Source: Bulleidia sp. (lineage in GTDB: Bacteria; Bacillota_I; Bacilli_A; Erysipelotrichales; Erysipelotrichaceae). From it: a stretch of 64,000 nucleotides of DNA. The translations under genes were made by a program, and so were the position numbers. Below, in pieces: positions 56,071-64,000 of this stretch. The notes below the pieces were generated by a model, which ran no database searches, was not told where the DNA came from, and worked only from the letters and a program-made list of their open reading frames with translations. Positions within the stretch are counted from its first letter, which is position 1, and each line of letters starts with the position of its first letter. The stretch covers positions 46,402-110,401 of the forward strand of contig JAZPXY010000070.1 of assembly GCA_045543875.1 (NCBI GenBank). The letters run 5' to 3'.

Positions 56071-57438
56071 ATGTCTCAGGGAAGAGAACAATACCTGGTT
56101 GAAGTGTGGAACAAAGTTCTGCAGTATCTTTACAGCAACCGAAATATAGAACCCGAGATCCTGGATAACTTCTATTCCCCGTGTTCACTGTATGAACTGA
56201 CGGATGAGAAGGCGATCCTGCTGGTCCCGAATATTGTATCAAAGCAGATCATCCAGAGTCAGTCTGATATTATCAGCACTGCCTTTATTGATGTTCTGCA
56301 TACCGATGTGCCGATGATCGTGGAAATCTATCAGGAAAACAACATTCCGAAAGTGATTGATCCGGTGCCTCAGTTTGATGAAAAAGAATTTCAGTCAATG
56401 CCGATCCAGAAGGAGAGGACCTTTGATAATTTTGTCGTGGGTGACTGCAACCGTGAAAGTCAGGCGGCAGCTCTGGCATGTGCCATCAACCCCGGCAAGT
56501 TTTTCAATCCTCTCTTTATTTACGGCAATTCCGGCCTTGGCAAAACCCATCTTCTGATGGCAATTGCCAATTATGTCCAGAAAGCTGACCCGACAAAGAA
56601 AATCTACTATACAGAATCTCTGAAATTTGTCGAAAACGTAGTCAATGCCATTCATGAAGGCAAGATCGATGCCTTCAAGCAGTATCTGTATACGATTGAT
56701 CTGTTCCTGGTTGATGATATTCAGTTCCTTGCCGGCAAGGAGAAATCACATGAGATCTTCTTTACCATCTACAATGAACTGGTCAACAACCGCAAGCAGA
56801 TCTGTATTGCCTCAGACCGTCAGCCAAAGGAAATCAAGGGTCTGGAAGACAGACTGATCAGCCGTTTCTCCAGCGGTCTGTCAGTCGGCATTGATTCACC
56901 GGAGTTTGAAACATCGATGGCAATTCTGAAAATGAAGATCAAGCAGAACAGCTATGGCATGGATGATGTTGAACAGGAAGCTCTGGCATATATCGCCAGC
57001 AACTTCTCAGGCAATGTCAGAGATCTGGAAGGGGCATGGAACCGGGTACTTTTCTATGCCATTCAGTTCCAGCAGGACGGCGGTGTCATCAAGTTTGAAA
57101 CGGTCATGAATGCATTAAAGAATCAGGCTGTCGTATCTGACAAGACCGGACTGTCTCCGAAGAAGATCATCAAGACGGTTGCCGATTATTACGGACTGAC
57201 CCGCCAGCAGATCACTTCCAAGACCAGGACAAAGAATATTGCCAATGCCCGGCATATTTCCATCTATCTGTGCCGCAAGCTTCTTGATTTGCCTTACATC
57301 AAGATTGGTGATGAATTCGGCGGCAGGGATCATTCCACAATCATCAGTGCCTGTACCAAAGTCGAGACCCAGATCCATAAGGACAAGGTCTTTGCGGCTG
57401 CTGTCCAGGACATTGAAAAACAGATCGGCGTATCTTAA
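56071..57438 (+). CDS. dnaA: Chromosomal replication initiator
   Basis: TFDNFVVG, NPLFIYGNSGLGKTHL, DDIQFL, RLISRF, NVRDLEGA and IG.EFGGRDHST. Confidence 0.98.
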   Translation: MSQGREQYLVEVWNKVLQYLYSNRNIEPEILDNFYSPCSLYELTDEKAILLVPNIVSKQIIQSQSDIISTAFIDVLHTDVPMIVEIYQENNIPKVIDPVPQFDEKEFQSMPIQKERTFDNFVVGDCNRESQAAALACAINPGKFFNPLFIYGNSGLGKTHLLMAIANYVQKADPTKKIYYTESLKFVENVVNAIHEGKIDAFKQYLYTIDLFLVDDIQFLAGKEKSHEIFFTIYNELVNNRKQICIASDRQPKEIKGLEDRLISRFSSGLSVGIDSPEFETSMAILKMKIKQNSYGMDDVEQEALAYIASNFSGNVRDLEGAWNRVLFYAIQFQQDGGVIKFETVMNALKNQAVVSDKTGLSPKKIIKTVADYYGLTRQQITSKTRTKNIANARHISIYLCRKLLDLPYIKIGDEFGGRDHSTIISACTKVETQIHKDKVFAAAVQDIEKQIGVS

Positions 57439-57572
57439 TCCACAGTTTTATCCACTTCAGATTCACAGTCTGAAATGCTAAAATAGGCAGGGAAATAAAG
57501 GAAATCAGAAGGTTTTCCACATTATCCACAGTCTTAATAAGAATAATACTTAGAAATACTTAATATATATTT
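57436..57572. other. oriC, downstream DnaA boxes with DnaA-trio-like array and AT-rich unwinding region
   Basis: TTTTCCACA (57513) and TTATCCACA (57522) in tandem, then GTC-TTA-ATA-AGA-ATA-ATA-CTT and an AT-rich run, as in the Bacillus-type bipartite origin. Confidence 0.8.
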
Positions 57573-57587
57573 GGGAGGCTCACAGCT

Positions 57588-58706
57588 ATGAAATTCACGG
57601 TATCCAAAAACGAACTGAATACAGCACTGCAGAACGTCAGTCATGCGATTTCTCCGAATTCGCCGCAGCCGGCACTTCGCGGAATTCGTCTGGAAGCTGT
57701 CAATGACAGTCTGATGCTTACAGGCAGTGATGCGGATGTATCGATTTTCTATACAATGAAAAAAGATGAAAACAACAATCTCAACATTATGGAAGAGGGA
57801 GCGATCCTGGTTGAATCCAGATATCTCAATGAAATCGTCAAGAAGATCGATTCTGATGAAATCACGGTAGAAATCATTGACGGTGCACTGACACGTTTCT
57901 CCGGCAGTTCTGCCCAGTTCAAGATCAACGGCATGAGACCGGATGATTATCCTTCCATTGATTTCTCAAAGCCGGCTTCTTCGGTCACAATGAACGCTTC
58001 TGATCTGAATCTGATCATTGAACAGACAGCCTTTGCGGCATCTGCCAAGGAAACACGTCCGGTTCTGACCGGTGTCAACTTCAAGACAGCAGATCATATG
58101 CTGTATGTGACAGCGACCGATTCCTATCGTCTGGCCAAGAAGAACATTCCTCTGGATACCGATGCTGAATTCAATGTCACAATTCCGGCCAAGAGCCTGA
58201 ATGAAGTCAAGACAACGATGCTGAACAGAGACGAGACAATCGAGATTGCCGTCAGTGACAAGAAGGCTCAGTTCATTTCCGAACGTATGATCCTGCAGAC
58301 CAGACTGCTGGACGGCGGCTATCCGGAAACAGACCGTCTGATTCCGAAGGAATTTGCCTATACAATGGATATCAACCGCTATGATCTGATCCGTGCCATT
58401 GACCGTACAACCTTCATCAAGAATGAAAACATGACGATCAACCGTCTGCAGATGTCCAGGGAAGAAGTCATCCTGACCAACAAGAGCCAGGAAATCGGCG
58501 AGTCTCATGAAAACCTGGCAGCTGTCTTTGAAGGTGAACCGCTGGATATCAGTTTTGCCGGCAATTATGTCATGGATGCGGCCAAGGCTCTGAAGGGTGA
58601 AAACGTCAGAATCAGCTTCACCGGAGACATGAAACCGTTCATTCTGACATCACCGGATGATGACAGCGTCATGCAGCTGGTACTGCCGGTAAGAACCTAT
58701 AACTGA
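57588..58706 (+). CDS. dnaN: DNA polymerase III beta sliding clamp
   Basis: SAKETRPVLTGV, ATDSYRLA, SRLL-like TRLLDGGYP and QLVLPVRT. Confidence 0.98.
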   Translation: MKFTVSKNELNTALQNVSHAISPNSPQPALRGIRLEAVNDSLMLTGSDADVSIFYTMKKDENNNLNIMEEGAILVESRYLNEIVKKIDSDEITVEIIDGALTRFSGSSAQFKINGMRPDDYPSIDFSKPASSVTMNASDLNLIIEQTAFAASAKETRPVLTGVNFKTADHMLYVTATDSYRLAKKNIPLDTDAEFNVTIPAKSLNEVKTTMLNRDETIEIAVSDKKAQFISERMILQTRLLDGGYPETDRLIPKEFAYTMDINRYDLIRAIDRTTFIKNENMTINRLQMSREEVILTNKSQEIGESHENLAAVFEGEPLDISFAGNYVMDAAKALKGENVRISFTGDMKPFILTSPDDDSVMQLVLPVRTYN

Positions 58707-58880
58707 GAAAAAAATACGGCTTTTGGGAGCCTGGAAAACAGGCTTCGAAAAAAATAAAAAAAAGTGCGAAAAATGGCTTATTTAAGCCATTTTTTGATTG
58801 TCTGAAAAGTTGAGAAAAAGGCTCTTTTATAATATAATAAGGAAGGTATTTCACCGTTATGAAAAAGGGAGTTTTTTTTA

Positions 58881-59084
58881 ATGAGCAATGAACAGAAAAA
58901 ATACATTACTCTGCAGCAGTTTCTGAAACTGAATGATATTGTGTCTTCCGGCGGGGAGGCAAAATATTTTATTGCTGAAAATGAAATTCTTGTCAACGGC
59001 GAGACCGAAAAGAGACGGGGAAGAAAACTGTATTCCGGCGATATCGTGACAGTCTGCGGCAGAAAGTATGAGATATCCGAATGA
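58881..59084 (+). CDS. yaaA: S4-domain RNA-binding protein YaaA
   Basis: YITLQQFLK...SGGEAK...VNGETE.RRGRKLY.GD; position between dnaN and recF. Confidence 0.92.
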   Translation: MSNEQKKYITLQQFLKLNDIVSSGGEAKYFIAENEILVNGETEKRRGRKLYSGDIVTVCGRKYEISE

Positions 59085-60169
59085 GGATCGAAACACTGAA
59101 GCTGCGCAATTTCCGGAACTATGAAAATCTTGAAATTGCCTTTGATCCGAAACTGAATGTGATCAGCGGCAGAAATGCCCAGGGAAAGACCAATCTTCTG
59201 GAAAGCATTGTCTATCTCTCCCTGACCCGGTCGCACCGCATTCTCAATGAAAAGAAGCTGATCCGGGAAGAAATGCCGTTTGCGGAAATCAGATGCACAT
59301 TTCAGAGCGGCGAAGAAAACAAAGAACTCGGGGCAGTGATTCATCCCCACGGCAAGACACTGCTTGTGAACCGCTATCCGGTAAAGAAGTCATCTGACTT
59401 TATCGGTCTTCTCAATGTAGTCATCTTTTCACCCGATGATCTGTATCTGTTCAATGACATGCCGAAGGAGAGAAGAAAGGTGATGAATCAGGAAATCACC
59501 AAGATTTCTTCCAGATATCTTCTGTCCCTGAACAGATATCAGAATTTTCTGCGGGAAAGAAACAGTCTGCTGAAGAATCATTCTGTTGATGAAACCTATC
59601 TGGATATTCTTGATGAACAGATGGCAGCGGAACAGATGATGATCATCGAGATGAGAAGAGCTTTCATTCAGAAAATCAATCATCAGATCGGTGATCTGTA
59701 CCGGCAGCTGGCGGAAGATGACATCAATGTCAGTATCCACTACAAATGCTGCATCGATGAAGAAGAATGCACGATGGAAACGCTGCAGAACATGTACCGG
59801 ATGTGCCGCAGCCGTGATCTTGAAAATCATGTGTCAACATCAGGAATTCACCGTGAAGACATGATCTTCCGCATTGATGACAAGGATCTGACCCAGACTG
59901 CCAGCCAGGGTCAGAAGCGCATGGTCATGCTGGCATTTAAAATGGCTTTGCTGAAATATATCCGTTCGGAAACAGGAAAGAGTCCGGTGCTTCTGCTGGA
60001 CGATGTCCTTTCGGAACTGGATCTGAGCCGTCAGAAGAAACTTCTGGAAATGGTCAATGATACCTATCAGTGCATCATTACGGCAACAGAAATCCCGGAA
60101 CATATGAAAAATGTGACGTATAAAGAGTTTTATATCCATCAAGGCAGACTGGAAACTGCCCGGAGGTAA
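59081..60169 (+). CDS. recF: DNA replication/repair protein RecF
   Basis: FRNY, GRNAQGKTNLLE, SQGQKR and LLLDDVLSELD. Confidence 0.97.
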   Translation: MRIETLKLRNFRNYENLEIAFDPKLNVISGRNAQGKTNLLESIVYLSLTRSHRILNEKKLIREEMPFAEIRCTFQSGEENKELGAVIHPHGKTLLVNRYPVKKSSDFIGLLNVVIFSPDDLYLFNDMPKERRKVMNQEITKISSRYLLSLNRYQNFLRERNSLLKNHSVDETYLDILDEQMAAEQMMIIEMRRAFIQKINHQIGDLYRQLAEDDINVSIHYKCCIDEEECTMETLQNMYRMCRSRDLENHVSTSGIHREDMIFRIDDKDLTQTASQGQKRMVMLAFKMALLKYIRSETGKSPVLLLDDVLSELDLSRQKKLLEMVNDTYQCIITATEIPEHMKNVTYKEFYIHQGRLETARR

Positions 60170-60172
60170 TGA

Positions 60173-62158
<1,986 letters not shown>

Positions 62159-62175
62159 GAAAGGAGGAGCGAACA

Positions 62176-64000
62176 ATGGGTCTTGATGATTTTATGGAAT
62201 TTGACGAGACAAAATTTGATCCGGGTCATATTTCCGAAACAAATCTGACAGAGGAAATGAAGAGAGACTTCATTGACTATTCCATGTCAGTAATTGTAGC
62301 CAGAGCTCTTCCTGATGTAAGAGACGGCCTGAAACCGGTACAGAGAAGAATTCTCTTTGCCATGCATGAGATGAACAACGGTCCTGACAAGCCGCACCGC
62401 AAGTGTGCACGTATTGTCGGTGACACGATGGGTAAATATCACCCGCATGGTGACAGTTCCATCTATGGTGCCCTGGTATACATGGCCCAGAACTGGAATA
62501 TGAGAGAAACACTTGTCGACGGCCACGGCAACTTCGGTTCCATGGACGGTGACGGTGCTGCTGCCATGCGTTATACGGAAGCCAGAATGTCCAAGATCGC
62601 AGTGGAAATGCTGAGGGATCTGGATAAGGAAACCGTGGATATGGAGCCAAACTATGACAACGAGGAAATGGAACCGACTGTACTGCCGGCCCGTTTCCCG
62701 AATCTGATTGTCAATGGTTCCACCGGCATCGCTGTCGGTATGGCAACCAATGTTGCTCCGCACAATCTCGGCGAGACGATCGACGGTGTCATTGCCGTCA
62801 TGAACAATCCGGAAATTACCACTACCGAACTGATGGAATACATCAAGGGTCCGGATTTCCCGACCGGAGGCTATATTCTTGGCAGAAGCGGCATCCGTCA
62901 GGCCTTTGAAACCGGCCGCGGAACCGTCATCATGAGGGCCAAGACAAATATTGAAGAAATGCCCAACGGCAAGAAGAGAATCGTTGTCTATGAGATTCCA
63001 TATATGGTCAACAAGGCCAGCATGGTGGAACGCATTGCCTCTCTTGCCAGAGACAAGGTTATTGAAGGCATTACCGACCTGCGTGATGAATCCAGCAATA
63101 TGAACGGTGTCCGCGTGGTCATGGAACTGCGCAAGGATGTCCAGCCGGAAGTGCTGCTCAACCAGCTGTACAAGCTGACCCCGCTGCAGTCCAACTTCGG
63201 CGTCAACAACGTTGTTCTGTTCAACGGCATTCCCCGTCAGGCAAGCATGATCGACATGATCAAGGGATATCTTGCCCACCAGGAAGATGTCATTGTCAGA
63301 AGAACCAGATATGACCTGAAAAAGGCTGAAGACAGAGCTCACATCCTGGAAGGTCTGCGCATTGCCGTTGACAATCTGGATGCGATCATTCATACGATCC
63401 GTGATTCCCGTGATGCCAATGAAGCCATGCCGCGTCTGATGGAAGGCTTCGGACTTGATGAAATTCAGGCCAAGGCAATTCTCGACATGCAGTTCCGCCG
63501 TCTGACCGGTCTGGAACGGCAGAAGATTGAAAATGAATATCAGGATCTGCTGGTAAAGATTGCCGATTACAAGGATATCCTGGCAAATCATTACCGAGTT
63601 CTTGAAATCATCAAGGAAGAACTGCTTGCCATCAAGGACAGATACAGCAATCCGCGCCGCTCTGAAATCATCGATGCTCCGGCAGATATGGAAGATGAAG
63701 ATCTGATTCCGGTTGAGAAGATCATGATCAGCCTGTCCGCAAACGGCTATATCAAGCGTATTACAACTGATTCCTACCGTGTGCAGAACCGCGGCGGCAA
63801 GGGAATCAAGGGCATGGAACTGAACAAGGACGATGTGACTGATCAGGTCATCTCCATGTCTACCCATGATTTCCTGCTGGTATTCACTGACACCGGCAGA
63901 GTATTCCGCATGAAGGGATACAATGTGCCGGAATTCAGCCGCACTAGCAAGGGCATCCCGGTCATCAACCTGCTGCAGATGAACAGAAACGAAAAGATCC
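62176..64000 (+). CDS. gyrA: DNA gyrase subunit A (truncated by the window end)
   Basis: Not in the ORF track. AAGGAGG SD; RALPDVRDGLKPVQRR, KYHPHGDS and active-site AAMRYTE; follows gyrB. Confidence 0.97.
   Translation, partial: MGLDDFMEFDETKFDPGHISETNLTEEMKRDFIDYSMSVIVARALPDVRDGLKPVQRRILFAMHEMNNGPDKPHRKCARIVGDTMGKYHPHGDSSIYGALVYMAQNWNMRETLVDGHGNFGSMDGDGAAAMRYTEARMSKIAVEMLRDLDKETVDMEPNYDNEEMEPTVLPARFPNLIVNGSTGIAVGMATNVAPHNLGETIDGVIAVMNNPEITTTELMEYIKGPDFPTGGYILGRSGIRQAFETGRGTVIMRAKTNIEEMPNGKKRIVVYEIPYMVNKASMVERIASLARDKVIEGITDLRDESSNMNGVRVVMELRKDVQPEVLLNQLYKLTPLQSNFGVNNVVLFNGIPRQASMIDMIKGYLAHQEDVIVRRTRYDLKKAEDRAHILEGLRIAVDNLDAIIHTIRDSRDANEAMPRLMEGFGLDEIQAKAILDMQFRRLTGLERQKIENEYQDLLVKIADYKDILANHYRVLEIIKEELLAIKDRYSNPRRSEIIDAPADMEDEDLIPVEKIMISLSANGYIKRITTDSYRVQNRGGKGIKGMELNKDDVTDQVISMSTHDFLLVFTDTGRVFRMKGYNVPEFSRTSKGIPVINLLQMNRNEKI

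Overview
Chromosomal window of a roughly 50% GC Bacillota genome. Erysipelotrichales-like is my inference from gene style and content, not something I could demonstrate. The window spans the replication origin: DnaA-box clusters flank dnaA, followed by dnaN-yaaA-recF-gyrB-gyrA (gyrA is cut by the window end). Left of the origin most genes are on the minus strand, as expected for the leading strand: pth-mfd-yabO-divIC, gpmI, tmk-holB-ricT-rsmI-prsW, mutL-miaA, trkA-trkH, plus peptidases, transporters and sugar genes. I found no rRNA, tRNA, CRISPR array, intact transposase or prophage gene. Best candidate for an undescribed system (18.1-22.0 kb): a PrsW intramembrane protease, a membrane-anchored FHA protein, a protein fusing a degenerate ECF-sigma-like N-terminus to a TM helix, TPRs and YD-like repeats, and a DUF4352 lipoprotein. 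Together they may form a signalling module in which proteolysis releases a membrane-tethered sigma-like factor. Other notable items: the rpmH-rnpA-yidC-jag block points toward dnaA instead of away from it; seven copies of a variant DnaA box (TTWTCAACA) occur with a diverged DnaA domain IV; a probably inactive third M15B peptidase; a 10-TM BceB-like permease with no extracellular domain; a DNPH1-like hydrolase divergent from a Nudix gene; a degenerate Rpn-like gene; a possible ATC start for mfd; GyrA with Gly at the D87 position. All family calls are from motif recognition by eye; no database searches were run.
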